Assembly: GCA_028534125.1 (NCBI GenBank)
Contig: CM052818.1
Location: 46,936,001-47,000,000 of the forward strand
Reading direction: 5' to 3'
From: Lama glama
Lineage: Eukaryota
Length of the DNA stretch: 64,000 nt
Of the stretch, positions 38,801-51,476 are shown in pieces. The translations under genes and the position numbers were made by a program. Within the stretch, counting starts at the first letter, position 1, and each line of letters begins with the position of its first letter. The notes beneath the pieces were generated by a model. That model was given only the letters and a program-made list of their open reading frames with translations, made no database searches and was not told the DNA's origin.

Positions 38801-39582
38801 ATTTAATTTCTATTTTTTCCCTCCATTCTGACTTTTTGATTATCCATTTCTAGGCAAAGCATAAGAGGGGAGTTTGATCAGAGAAGAACCAGTGTGACCT
38901 GTATAACCTTTGACCCCTTCAGATACAATTTTGGAAACGTCACTTTTACATTTCTAATCAATTTGTTACATGTGCGTATGCCTGTTGAGGGTAGCCTCCA
39001 AACTTACGTAAACTTCGGGAGCAGGTATTACTTCGTCCCAAGAAGTTCAGTCAGTCCTGCTTCCAACTGTCAGCCGTGGAGGGAACGGGGAAGTTGCTCC
39101 TGCAGTTGTCCCTAACTACAACATGGTGTCGCTGGTGCAACCTACCTGTGCAGCCCTGAGGATGCCTGTCCATGACGCGCTGATGCTCAGTGTTCTCCAT
39201 CCCTGCACAGGCTGGGGTGATGGTCCGTGGGTGGCCTCCCAAGGTACAGCTCTCTTAGTTCACAGAGACAGGCTTCACCGGGCTTTCCCTGGAGCAGGAC
39301 TCAGGGCCTGGGTGCCACGCTCCGAGGAGTTACCAGCACAAGCTGTGCCAGCCCAGCCCCAACCCCCTGCACCCTCCCTCCCGCCGCCACCAAAAAAAGC
39401 CTTCAGGTCGTGTATTGAGCCCAGGCCAACAAAGAGAATGACTCCCAATGACTCCCTGCTGAATTGCTCTTTGGGACCCTTGAAATCTTTTCTTACAGAT
39501 CTCAGGACCACCACTGTGCTTTCTGACAGACCCTTAATTTTGCATGTCTGGCTCTGTATTTTATTTTCTCAATAAGCTTTGG

Positions 39583-40082
39583 NNNNNNNNNNNNNNNNNN
39601 NNNNNNNNNNNNNNNNNNNNNNNNNNNNNNNNNNNNNNNNNNNNNNNNNNNNNNNNNNNNNNNNNNNNNNNNNNNNNNNNNNNNNNNNNNNNNNNNNNNN
39701 NNNNNNNNNNNNNNNNNNNNNNNNNNNNNNNNNNNNNNNNNNNNNNNNNNNNNNNNNNNNNNNNNNNNNNNNNNNNNNNNNNNNNNNNNNNNNNNNNNNN
39801 NNNNNNNNNNNNNNNNNNNNNNNNNNNNNNNNNNNNNNNNNNNNNNNNNNNNNNNNNNNNNNNNNNNNNNNNNNNNNNNNNNNNNNNNNNNNNNNNNNNN
39901 NNNNNNNNNNNNNNNNNNNNNNNNNNNNNNNNNNNNNNNNNNNNNNNNNNNNNNNNNNNNNNNNNNNNNNNNNNNNNNNNNNNNNNNNNNNNNNNNNNNN
40001 NNNNNNNNNNNNNNNNNNNNNNNNNNNNNNNNNNNNNNNNNNNNNNNNNNNNNNNNNNNNNNNNNNNNNNNNNNNNNNNNNN
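39583..40082. other. Assembly gap (500 N)
   Basis: Run of 500 N. Confidence 1.
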
Positions 40083-41346
40083 CCGTCCAGCTAAGAGGAC
40101 CTGGGGAAAGGTCACCCCACTGTCACCTTCCTCGTGAGGGGACTGACTGGAGTCGGCTGCGATTTTTGCAAAGCCACTGGGGAGGTTTCAGCAAGAGAGG
40201 GGCCCAGGCAAGTACAAAGCACTGTTTGAATAAATGCAGGATCTCACCACCGAAGTCCTTTATTAAAGGACGAGAAGTGTGTTAATATGTACAACCAGAA
40301 GCAGGGCTCCGAGGATGGCTGGATTCTCAGTTTGGAGAATTTTTAGGAGGTTTCCAGGAGCGATGTAGTCTTTTCTGTCACTGCGACTCTGGAGCAAGAG
40401 TGGGCAGGAGAAGAGATGGAGGGCTGGGAGGGGACGCATGAGAGGTGTCGGTCACTCATTTCCCCGGGGTCAGCTCTAGGGGGGTCCGGGGTCTCCTCGC
40501 TGTGACTGTGGGAAGTTACTTTGCCTGTCAGGGCTTCTTGCCCCGCCTTGTAAAATCAGACCGTGCTAGTCAGGGTTCTTTCAGCTGCAGGCCACAGAAA
40601 CTCAAGAAATAATCGCTAAGCTTCTCTCTTTTTCTTGGCCTGCGGACGAGCTCCCTTTCAGCAGTGAGAAGCGCCCTAGTCAGCAGCTGTGGGCTTGCCG
40701 TCCCAGAGCGGGGCCTTAGAGATGACACTGCTGCTCTCTCCAAGTGTCCAGGTCGCAGATGCCAAGGGAGGATCTGAATGGTCTGTGCAGGCTCTCAACC
40801 CCACTCCCGTGCCTGTGGCCAAGAGGATGGAACTGTACGGCTCATTTCTACCAGAGGAGGCAGGGAGCAGGGATGCTGGGCAGACAGCACTGACTGGCGT
40901 CCGCCAAAGAGAAAGAATAATCCTTGTGAATTTCCGACTATGCCCAGACGTGCTTGCCCATTTTACCAGTTAAGCATTTACTAATTTCTCCTGTCCTATT
41001 TTGTTCCCTCTTTAGAGTGACCGAAATTGTTTTCAGAGTAGGTGGGAGCTCTAGCCCCCTGTTCAGGATTTCTTCAGCAAAGAATTTGTTTGCTCACTGA
41101 CTGGCTTCTCTTCCCTTCAGTGGGTGCAGAAGACCCCCGCCTCCCCCCAGAAGTCACGGGCATCTGGAGTCAGGACAGACTCCCAGTGCGCGAAGGAGCC
41201 CCAGTCACTGCCACCACCGGGACAGTGGATTTATTCCTCCCTCTGCCTTGTTAAACATATCCCGGTGAAAGGAGATCAGCTTTAAACCTTTATGCTTTAT
41301 TACATCACTCCCTCTGCAAAAGCGTCTGAGGTGGCCTACCCCCAAA

Positions 41347-41656
41347 CACCCACTCACACACACACATATACACACAACACACTCACACACACACATATAC
41401 ACAACACAATCATACACACATACACACAACACAATCACACACACATACATACAACACACTCAGACACACATACACACAACACACACAACACACTCACACA
41501 CACATACACACAACACACACACACAACACACACAACACACTCACACACACATACACACAACACACACACACAACACACTCACACACACAACACACTCACA
41601 CACACATACACACAACACACACACACACAACACAATCACACACACACATACACACA
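41347..41656. repeat. CA-rich higher-order tandem repeat
   Basis: Variants of a roughly 25-29 bp unit (acactcacacacacatacacacaac); almost no G on the + strand. Confidence 0.95.
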
Positions 41657-42039
41657 AGTGGCAAGTCACCAGCCAGCCAACAACCAAACGACAAGAGCAG
41701 CCACTCAGTCAGTTTAACAAGGGTCAGGTAGAAACAGACTTTCAAGGGGACAGAGAAGAGAGCAGGTGGGTGACACATTGAACATAAAGGTGACAAGAGG
41801 ACCTGCGCTTCCACATCACATCCGTCCCAAGTTCTTGGCATCCGGGACAAAGAGGAGACATTCTGTGACCTTGGAGAACACCCCAGTCTGTTGGGGTCAA
41901 CGAAGCGCTCCCCCTGGAGACAGACGTCATTCCCCCTCTTTTCCAGCCCTGTAGTCGCAAAGCCATTTCATGTCTGAATTTCTGCTTAAATGTCTGTGAC
42001 AGCCACCAAGGCCTGTTTCCTCAACTGCAGAAACAGTGC

Positions 42040-42800
42040 GTGCGACGGAGTCTAGCCACTCCTATCGACAGGAAACACGGTCAGGACGCTGAGGGCTTCA
42101 GGCCGGCCCGCCTGGGCTCGGACGTAGCGCTCACGTGGCGCAGGCTTGCGGGGCCCCTGCCTTGGAACCCAGGCTACGCTTCCCCGCGTGTGTGACGGCC
42201 AGTTTCCAGGCCCGTGGGCGTAGGGCCTGGGCGGTTTCACGTCTCCCGCGTGGTCCACACGCGGGCCTCCTTCCCGAGATGCGCGGGTGCCCTTGGCACT
42301 TGAGTGCCGCTTCCGGGAGCGTTTCCGAGCTGTCCGCAAGCTGGAGGCTGCTCTGTCCCCACGCCTGTCTCCTCACCACTCAGCTGTCCGCGAGCCCCGC
42401 TGTCCGCGCGCACCTCGCGTGGGATCGCGGACGAAGTGCAGCAACTCAGCAGGTGTCTGTCTACTGAGTGGACACGGCTAAAGGCTCCGGGTCTTTAGAA
42501 AATAGAAAAAGAGATGCCATCTACTCAGGTAAATTTCAGGTGAGCCTCCCGCCATACGATCTTGAACTGGATACCGTTGTCAACGCGCGTGGGGCGAGAC
42601 GGTCAAAGGTCTCTGCCAAGGGAATCAGAGGGAGGGACCTTCTGAAAGTCTCAATACATTCTTATTTAAGTCACTCTTCTAGAGAGAGCCGAAATGCCGC
42701 CGTGCTGGAAGGATCCACCGGTCAGCTGGCGGTGCTTACTGAGTGCCGACCGCGGGCTGGTGAGGTCGGCGGGGTGCGCAGAGGCTGGATGGCCGAGCGG
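42040..42800. promoter_or_regulatory. CpG-island-like region (no associated gene seen)
   Basis: Much higher CpG and GC density than the flanks, e.g. cccgcgtggtccacacgcggg, ccgcgcgcacctcgcgtgggatcgcgg. Confidence 0.6.
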
Positions 42801-45800
42801 GGTCTGGGGCTCCCACTCCCAGGACCCACTGCTCCTAAGTTTCTGCCTGAACAGCTGGTTGGCAGTGGGGCCGTTTCCTGAGCGAGAAAAAGCAAGAGGA
42901 GGAGCTATATTGGGTGATGGGCTCTGTGCAGGGAAGGGGGCGGGCAGCTCGGCTACTGCCTAATAGATTTTTCTGGACCACATTACGTTTGAGATATCTG
43001 CTCAATGTCCAGCTCAGTTATGACTAATAAGAAGCTGCTTAATTACAAGTGTATTTTTTCCAAGACCTTGGAATACGATGTAGTGTGCTTCTTTCACAGG
43101 GGTCTTAATTTTATTTTGACTTTTCATCAACGGAATGGAATGCTGCTTCACACGCCACCTCATGCCTCCTCCTGTCTCCTCCACCTTTCTTTATCTACTT
43201 GGTTTCTTTTCTGTTGATTTGGAGGAAAAATAATAAACCCTGTCCTGTTCTCCTCAGATACGGTATTTCATACAGCAAAAACCTGCAACACACTGACTCC
43301 ACAGCCCTTGACTGGCCTCCTGGCTCTGCGCGAGGCTAGTGTAGGAGGTTGAAAGGGATAAACATGGAGGGGAATGAAGCAGAATGCAGAGTGCTGTGAG
43401 GAGACAGACGGGTCAACACGCGACCGGGACCTTCGGTTGCAAACAGACATCAAGGGCAACTGGACCCCACAACGGGGTCCCTCCAGGGGATGCTGGGAAA
43501 GCTGGACAGCGGAAGTGTCTCTGAGGTGCCCTCGGAAGAGTGGAAGTCCAGGAAGCAGGGGGGACAGGGGAGCAGCTAGGGCCGGGCTGCAAGAGCCGTG
43601 GGTGCGGGCTAAGGGACTTGGACTTTGAGAGGCTGAAGCCGGTCAAGGTTTAAGATAATAGACTAATGACACCATCAGGTTGGACGGTGTCTTATCTGCT
43701 GATGCCACAGCAACTCTGTGTCTGGGGAGAAATTCACTGTTCTCCTCCTGTGTTCTGGTGGGACTGAAGGCTCCAGAATCACCTGCAGACTCCTCCATCC
43801 TGGGGACGTGGTGCCCCAGCCCTCACTCCCCCACCCTGGGCACAGAGCTTGCTCTCTGGACCCTTATTAAGCTTCCAATTCTAGAAGGAATAAAAGTAAA
43901 AGCTACCTTCGGTGGTAAGATTGCTCCGTGCTTTCTGTGGCCAAAGGGTGGGGGTTCCACCTGCCAGCATTTCAAAATAAGCGTTCCATTTTTCACATCT
44001 GGTCAGACCGCACACAGGTGGGGGTACACAAATGTGTCAAGGATGTTTCATACTGGTGTCGTGGGCATGTGCGTGTATGTGTGTGTGTGTATGTGTGTGT
44101 GTGTCTGAGTTTTTGTGGGTGGATGTGTGTAGCAAGTTGGCCACTTCAGCAGCCAGGGCTGACCTGTCCCAGAAGAACTCACGTCAAATTATTTTGATGA
44201 AATGCTGTGAAGCCAATTCACAGGCAGAGAAAAGGACCAGTTTCATTGCGAGAGTCTTTTCAGTTTAGAACCAGAGGCTTCCAGACGGGGTGGAAAGCTA
44301 CGCTGGGCAGGAAACATGAACCTTCCTTGCAAACCTCAGAATGAAGGGCACGTCAACCGTAAATATTTAGCGTCACTAAATGCTAGTATTTATTAAAAAC
44401 ACGGGGCTTTATTTTAAAGGAGTTCCAGACTGATTGTGCTTCAGGTCAACGGCGTTAGCTTTACCGAGGGGCTTTACCTCTCGGAGGAGAGTTTCAGCAG
44501 CGGGCGTTCAGCGAGAGCTGTACACCTACACGCTGCAGATGGTTTCGTTTTAGAAGAGATGAAACTGCATTTGGTGGAATTGATTAAATATAAAAACACC
44601 ACCATCTGCCATTTATTCTAATACGAAATGGTTTGGGCAGATGCTGACATCTTTCGGGATGATGGATTCATCCCTGACAAAAGAAGATGCTCAGACGGTC
44701 CCGGTTCACGGGAGCAGTGGCGAGCCCTGCGCTTTGGTGTGGGCGCAGCAGGTGAACAGACAGCACTTTAATAATGAGAAGCCGGAATCTCTAAGCACTT
44801 CGCCTGTCTTCTCCCCCGCCCCACCTCCCTTGACTTCTGGCCCATGTTTAGCTGGAAGAATATTCTGTACACACGCTGCCTCCTCTCACGTGCCTGATAC
44901 CAGCACTGGGATAACGGGAGGAATCTATCCTCACTTTGGTGTTAAAACCTTTTGAACGCTCCCTACATATGCTACTGCTGGGCATAGAATTGTCGGCTCT
45001 AAGTGGACTGTGGGGCTGCATTAAAAAAAATATCGTTTACAAAGAAGCCATGACACGTGTTCCAGGCGGACTTAGAAACAGCTGCGTTCGTGCTGTGAGG
45101 CGTCTGCGGTGCCCTGACGCCCTGTACGAGGCGGCGACTAGTTGTGTCTGTGCAGGGGTATTTTTGCCACCGTTTCTTCACAACCTAAGTATTTCTAGAA
45201 AGAAAATTTAGACATCAAGATGTTTATTTGGTGCTGTGTTTATAAAATATCTTTCTATTTAGGTAGCGATTGTTAGATGAGAAATGATTTTTTTTCTCTG
45301 ATAGAATTAAAACCAGAGGTGAAGCTGGGTTTTGCCGTCTCGTTCATCACATTTTAAAATAGTTGAATTCTTCATGACGTCTTAGGCAAAGTGATTTAAG
45401 ACTATTTCTTGATGTTATTTTCAATTAAATGCAGCAAGCCTATATCCCAAGACATTCGTGCTACGATTACACATGTCCATGTGCCTATAATTACGCCTGT
45501 TTGTGCAGATACGTTCCCATTTTGTGCTCGGAGAGAATTCTGTTCTTTTGAATTAGGTGCTCGTCTGTCTACTCAGTTCCTCTCTATTTCCTGTTGTCTG
45601 TTTCTTCTTCTAACTGCTGTCTAGTCTGGTAATTAAAGTGGTAGGATTAGCGTCCCTGTATTTCTCTGCCAGCATCTCGAATGAGACTCGTAGTACGTGC
45701 GACTGCAACCTCCACCTCTCAGTCACATTTCCAGCGTCTCTCCTCTGCCCCCTCTCTTTCCTTCTCGCACTCCAGCCTTTAAACCTCTTTTCATATCCTG

Positions 45801-46110
45801 CTGACATCTTTTCTCCCCCATCATGTCCATTGGTCTTCTCTATAGTTTACCATCTTATTTCTTTCCTCTTCCTCCAGAGGATGGGGCTCATAGGGGTCAC
45901 CTTTCCAGAGCAGTGGGAGGCTCTACCCGGGGGGTTTCCCACTCTTTAACCAGAGTTATCCCCACACCTTTCCTGTTAAACTTCCTTCTTCTCTCTCTAA
46001 ACACTGATTCGTCCTTTTCTTCCCCCTTCTCCCTCTCTTCTCTCTCCCTCTCTGGCCTTCCTGGAGGACCTACCCGGTGACAGCTGGAAACCCCAAGAAG
46101 GATGAGGTGC

Positions 46111-46490
46111 TGTTAGGGATAGAATCATGTCCCCCAACCCATGTGTTGAAGCCCTAAACCCCCGTACCTCCAGGTGTGGCCGTCTAGGAGAGAGGGTCTT
46201 TAGTGAGGTATTCAAGTTAGGTCACTGGGGTGACCTTGACTCCGTCCGACTAGTGTCCTTATAAGAGGAGACTCCCTGGAGGGAAGAGGACTTGGGGAGA
46301 AGAAGGCCATCCACAAGGCCAGGAGAGAGGCCGGGGCAGCAGAGCTTTCCCCGCAGTCCCCAGAGGGAACCACTTCTGCCAACAGCGTGATCTTGGACTT
46401 CCAGCCTCCCTAACTGAGAGACAGTACAGTTCTGTTGTTCTGCCTCAGGCCCATGATGCTCTGTTGTAGCAGCTCTACTAAATGAATGCA
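46111..46490 (+). mobile_element. MLT1A/B-type MaLR solo LTR
   Basis: TG...CA ends; atgtgttgaagccctaaaccc; gtgtccttataagaggaga; gatcttggacttccagcctcc. Confidence 0.9.
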
Positions 46491-46959
46491 GAGACTGGCC
46501 CTGACCTCCAGGGTCCCACTGGAAGGGAAATAAAGATGCGAAAGGCACCACAAAATGGTGACAGGTGCTCTAAAGAAGCACAGCGGAAAGACAGAGAGAG
46601 ATTCGAGGAAAGGCCATCCGAAATAGCCAGGAAGGCTTCTTGCAGGAGGGGGTATGAGTGTTTAAATTATGAGTAAGGCTTTTTCAGGCAGATGTTCAAA
46701 GGAAAGCATCCTGGGCAAACGGGAAAACTTGTGCCACTTACGAGAGTGCAGGAGAGCCGTGGCCACAGGTGAGTTGTCTGGTCGCTCAGGTAGCGGTGGT
46801 GGTCCACGTGGCGCTTTTCCCCTGCACCCCACTTCCTTCATGACATGACACCACCTCCCGCCTCTGCCCTCTCCTTCATTCTGATGGACAGTCTTTGGAA
46901 TCCAAGATAATGTTTCAAACCTTGGATTTGAAATATGAGCGGAGCACAGGTCCTTCTCT

Positions 46960-47440
46960 CTCTTGCTGGGAACTTAGTGGTTTAAGGCAGTGCCATGTTG
47001 TTGTGACACAGCTCTGTGGCTTGGCTGAGTCCAGCTGGGCAGTTCCCTCAGGGTCTCTCCCGTGCTGCCAGATGGTGACTGGAGCTGGAATTCATCTGAA
47101 AGCTTGACTGGCAGGGAGTCCCATGTGGCTTTTCCACTATTGTCTGGGGCCCAGCTTGGATGGATGGCTGGAACACCTGCCTGGATCTTTCCTTGTGGCT
47201 TCTCTACATGCTGGCATGAGCTTCCCCAGCAGGGCCGTCCCAGAATGTTCAGACTTCTTGCCCAGGGCCTGGCTTTCCCCAGAACTAGCCTTTCGAGGGA
47301 CAAAGGCAGAAACTTGCACCCCAGCCTCAGAAGTCACACAGCAATGCTCCTGTCCCATTTTATTGGCTACTCCAGGCCAATAATGGTTCCAAGCGGGAGG
47401 GGCCGCGGGAGGGCGTGGGCACTGGTGGCGCGGTTCATCG
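46960..47440 (-). mobile_element. MLT1 (H/I-like) MaLR LTR
   Basis: cttagtggtttaaggca...ctcagggtctctc...tcatctgaaagcttgactgg...cagcctcagaagtcacacagc...attttattgg. Confidence 0.75.
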
Positions 47441-49131
47441 GAGAGCAGTTACCCCCAGCGCTGCCCAGGTCCTCTGACTGGTTGGTGCTGAGTCCCACCT
47501 TCCTCGTGGTTAGTGAGGCGACTCGGGAAGATCATTGTCAGGAACTTGAATTAGATTTTATCTGCTTGAGAAACCTGGACCAAAGGAGTGTCAAATGTCA
47601 TAACTAGGTCTCCTTCTCCAGAGCCAGGGTGACTGCGGACAGGTGTCACAGTCCAGAGCCCCACAGGGCAGCCCAGCTGGAGCCAAAGTTGGCAAGTAAC
47701 AGAGACCAGAGACACTTCTTTGGCTGGTTTGATAGCTCCAGGGCGACTTAAAAAAAAAGATACATCTTTATTATATTTAGGTTAAATCAAAAGGGCATCT
47801 TTTATAAAGCCATGAAGCCTTCGTTTAATGAACGAGGACCCGTGAGTGTGACTGGTCTGCCTCCTTGTAGGATGTACCCGCGAGCTATCTGATTTGATGA
47901 CCCGTGAGTCCTGATGGCGGGACATGCAAGGAAGTCCTCTTTGAAGACAAAGTGGCTAAAATAGAAGTCAAGGTGAAAAATAAACTGGCTGCTAATTCCT
48001 CTCCTGTGAAGTACCTTTCAACCCTAGTTAGAAGGATTAATTCTTCAAAGCAAGGAGCCTTGTTTGCTAAATCCTTGCAAGAGACATGGACATTGGCAGG
48101 GACAGGATAGCTGGATTTTAAGTCACAGGCAGAAGCCAAGCTTGATCTGAACTCCCGGCACACAGCCTCCTCCCTGCGGCGGCCCTTGGGCTGGCTCAGG
48201 TCGGCATCGCTGTGTCCACAGACTCTCAGATGACTCTGCCTAATTTGCACAATTTCCCTGTGATATTAGTTTTCATTTTTTTCTCCCTGCGAGCAGATTT
48301 TTCCTGCCATCTGCTCATTTAACTCTAATTGTGGTGCCTGAACATCTTGTGCAGTAAGTGACCATGTCCCTGGAGGCTCCTTGAAGCTGAGCGCCCTGCG
48401 ACCCACGACACTGTGTCGACAGGAGACTCTTATTGGGCAGGTCCTGGTGACGTGGGTGCCCCACTCCCGATTCAACGGAGCGCAGGTCCGGAATTTTTTG
48501 TCCTTTTGATCGGAAGGCTATACTGTTTGATTGCTCTCAAATTGCTTACACATTTGTTAGGACTAAAAAATTCCCGACATAACATGTTTTTAGAAACAGC
48601 TTCCCAGAGTTTGAACCTGGCAAGTGAAGGCTGAAAGAAGGAATGTTGATGTTTAAATTCCCCACGACCAGGAGGAGAAGTTTCTCAGGTCTGGCAAGTT
48701 GGCAAGACTTTGAGGCTCCTCACCGGTAGGTCTTCTGGGGACAGTCCAGTGCATACTTGCTTTCGAATGTGGAGCTTCTCAAAGGGAAGACTGGCTTCCT
48801 CTTGCTCAGTGTCACTACCTGGTGATGCAGGTGAAGGGGGAGGAAGGAGGGGGCCCGTGATGCTGAGTTCCCTTCTCAGAGCTGAACGGGGGAAGGGTTT
48901 CAGCTTGGTAGCATCTCTCTTCCTGCGAAACTGTTTGATGCCTCCTTGTTTGTGGGTGTAGCCAATGGTCAATTAATCTTCTCTCCCCAGGGGCCCCCTT
49001 TTTGGAGTGACTCCTACTTGTTTCTAAAAAATTCTTCCAGCTGGATTTGAGTCACCGTCCGGCAGGCTGTGTGTATATGTGCATATCTCCTGCTAGTACA
49101 TAGAAAAGATTAAAAATGGTAGTTTTTTTTT

Positions 49132-49288
49132 TGTATAGCACAGGGAACTATATTCAATACCGTGTAATAGCCTATAATGAAAAAGAATATGAAAGGAATA
49201 TATATGTGTGTGTATCACTGAATCACTATGCTGTACACCAGAAACTAACATAACGTTGTCAACTGACTAGACTTCAATTAACAAAAAG
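49132..49288 (+). mobile_element. LINE-1 3'UTR fragment
   Basis: tgtatagcacagggaactatattcaatacc...ctgaatcactatgctgtacaccagaaactaaca...acttcaatt. Confidence 0.92.
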
Positions 49289-49379
49289 GAAATTTCTCCC
49301 TTCCTATTTACACTTTAATGCCTTTGCAGGCCTCAATCAATTCATTCCTCAGTCTTCATGCTTCCAAACTCGACACTCA

Positions 49380-49470
49380 CATTAAAGCTCTTCTAATCCT
49401 TTGGATAATTTTTGTTGCCTTTCTCCTAGTCTTTAATCTCTTTCTTTAGAGATATTCACGAGAACAGCGC
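49380..49470 (-). mobile_element. Possible L3/CR1 relic
   Basis: cctttggataatttttgttgcctttctc resembles a CR1/L3 3' region. Confidence 0.35.
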
Positions 49471-49599
49471 TGGGTGTTTTTTTAGGGGGGTGAATTCTTC
49501 TACCATTTCACTCTGATTTAATCTAACCTTGTTTTTTTCCGAGGACTGTATCAGCTGTGTCAAAGTTGATAGGAAGCAACCTTGAACTTTCAAGAAATA

Positions 49600-49745
49600 G
49601 CTTATACCAACTCCTTGAAGAATGTGGCCATCCTTCAGATCAGCCACAGTGGGAGCATTTACACCACGGAAATTGGCAGACACTATAGACTGGGCTTTTT
49701 TTTTTTTTTTTAAATGAAGAGCCAGTCTACCTTTGTGTCACTAGT
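49600..49745. mobile_element. MER63-like hAT element
   Basis: cagccacagtgggagcatttacaccacggaaattggca...gggcttttt...agagccagt. Confidence 0.7.
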
Positions 49746-49794
49746 TATGACAGATAGATTTGGTACCCATGGGTTCATATGTACAATTCAGACC

Positions 49795-50070
49795 AGCTTA
49801 TGGTTCATGAAACATTGATGTTCTATGAGATTATAATAGGTGCTCATCCAGAAAAGGGTTTTCAATAATTATGGGCTAAACAGGATTAAAGATTTTTTTT
49901 AAATCAAAGGCTTCTTATGGTCTTTAAAGATGGTAATATGCATTGTGAATGTTCAAGAGAGAGAGGGAGAAACTGAATGAGATGCCTCCCTAATTATTTA
50001 ACCGAAGAGCCTTCTCCCCCTAGAACACCAGCCTGGTATGATGGCACTGCCCCTGAGAGCCTGGTTTAGA
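49795..50070. mobile_element. MER103-like hAT-Charlie element
   Basis: taataggtg...aaaagggtt...ctttaaagatggtaatatgcattgtgaat.ttcaagag. Confidence 0.65.
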
Positions 50071-50412
50071 TTTTTTTTTCTCTGGGAAGTATTCCAGTAG
50101 ACTTACCTCGGTGGGTTCGTGAAAGCCTTCTGTTGGTGGGGCTCCACGTGAACTAAGGGAGCTCAGAGACTTCTCAGCGTTTCCTTATTCAGCCTGCATC
50201 TTCGTCCCTACCTTGACCAGTTCTTACTCAGCGCCTCATTCCTGACAAATACATTCTTGTCGGGAACACCCAACCTTTGGGACTTGATGAAATATCTTTT
50301 CCGAAAGTCTAAATAAATTGTTGTGTTTCTTTCTCCTCGTGTGCTGCCTTCTCGTCTCTAAAATCCTAACTAGCTAGATATTGCTGTGAGAAGAAAGCAC
50401 CCTTCAAACAAT

Positions 50413-50820
50413 TGTGCTCATGGGTTGGGCGACACCACCTTTGATTACAGGTTGTGCCTACATGTGGCGTGCACAGCGGTCCTCATCTAAAGATGACACG
50501 GCCACCTGGCTTCTCATCTTGTCATCATCACTGCCTGTATTTGCACAAGGCCAGGGCTGTTAATTCTGCTTAAAATAAAAGACTGACAGTCAGGTCAAAG
50601 TTTTATGTACAGTACTTTTTTTGTATGTTATTCGCTTTTATTTTGATGGCCCATTGATACGAATTGTGAAGAACAATTCAAATGGAGTATTAACAAATAG
50701 CAAGAAAAGATTTTAATGAGGAAGGGAGAATCAGAAGGGAATTAACTCTCTGAATAAATAAATACACATGCACATATATTTTTCTCAAGGTATTATTTCT
50801 GTGGCTCCTGAGGTCTGTGC
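50413..50820 (+). repeat. Long inverted repeat, left arm
   Basis: Reverse complement aligns across about 400 bp with 52536-52932; core 50445-50538 matches 52807-52900 at 90/94 with no gaps. Confidence 0.97.
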
Positions 50821-51064
50821 TCTGATTATGTGTGAGTCTGCCTTACTGAGTTCTTCCTGAGGGGGTGGGGGACCCGAGACCCCTTATGAATGATCTCAAC
50901 GAATGAACTTCCAAGTGACAGATGCCCTTGACAGAGCTATTCAGAGGCTGGACCTTTCACATAAATATTCATGAGATGCTGCAGAGAATTCAGTTCGACA
51001 GCAAATAACTGAAAATGGGCTTCGATCTGATGGTTTCACTCTTATGAGCTTTGTATATTACGAG

Positions 51065-51270
51065 CAACAAATATACAAGGATATTTACTGCAGCACTATT
51101 CATAAATTCAAAAAAGTGGGAAAGCTTCAGTGTCCACCAGTGGAGGATTTGTAGAGTGCATTTTGGCAGGTGTATGAAATAAATACTATACCAGTCATTT
51201 AAAATGGGGATGTTGATTTGCAGTCATGGACACTATATATTGTTAAGTTAAAAAAAGCTACTCATGAAAG
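51065..51270 (+). mobile_element. Old L1M (L1ME/MC-like) fragment in the inverted-repeat spacer
   Basis: atatacaaggatatttactgcagcactattcata...gtgtccaccagt...aatactat...tatattgttaagt.aaaaaaagc. Confidence 0.7.
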
Positions 51271-51476
51271 AGCCTGTTAGCACACCATGTTTACTAACCC
51301 ATGGGGCCAGTTACCCGCCATTGGAGGGTGAAATGTATATACGTATATATGTAAACCCAGAAATAAATGTGCATCAATATGCACTGATGTTTATGTATCA
51401 GGGTGTTAACGATCAACTTCTTTTCGAGAAAGAAATCCGGGTTATCTTCTTTGTATTTTCTGTTATCTGCTTTTTT

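Noticed and set aside
39544..40137. ORFs made of X residues
   Set aside because: Artefacts of the N gap.
41205..41850. H/T-rich and C/V-rich ORFs
   Set aside because: Translations of the CA-rich repeat.
47836..47910. Repeated gacccgtgagt and a possible AG...GTGAGT micro-exon
   Set aside because: An 11-bp match is within chance, and two of the three frames contain stops.
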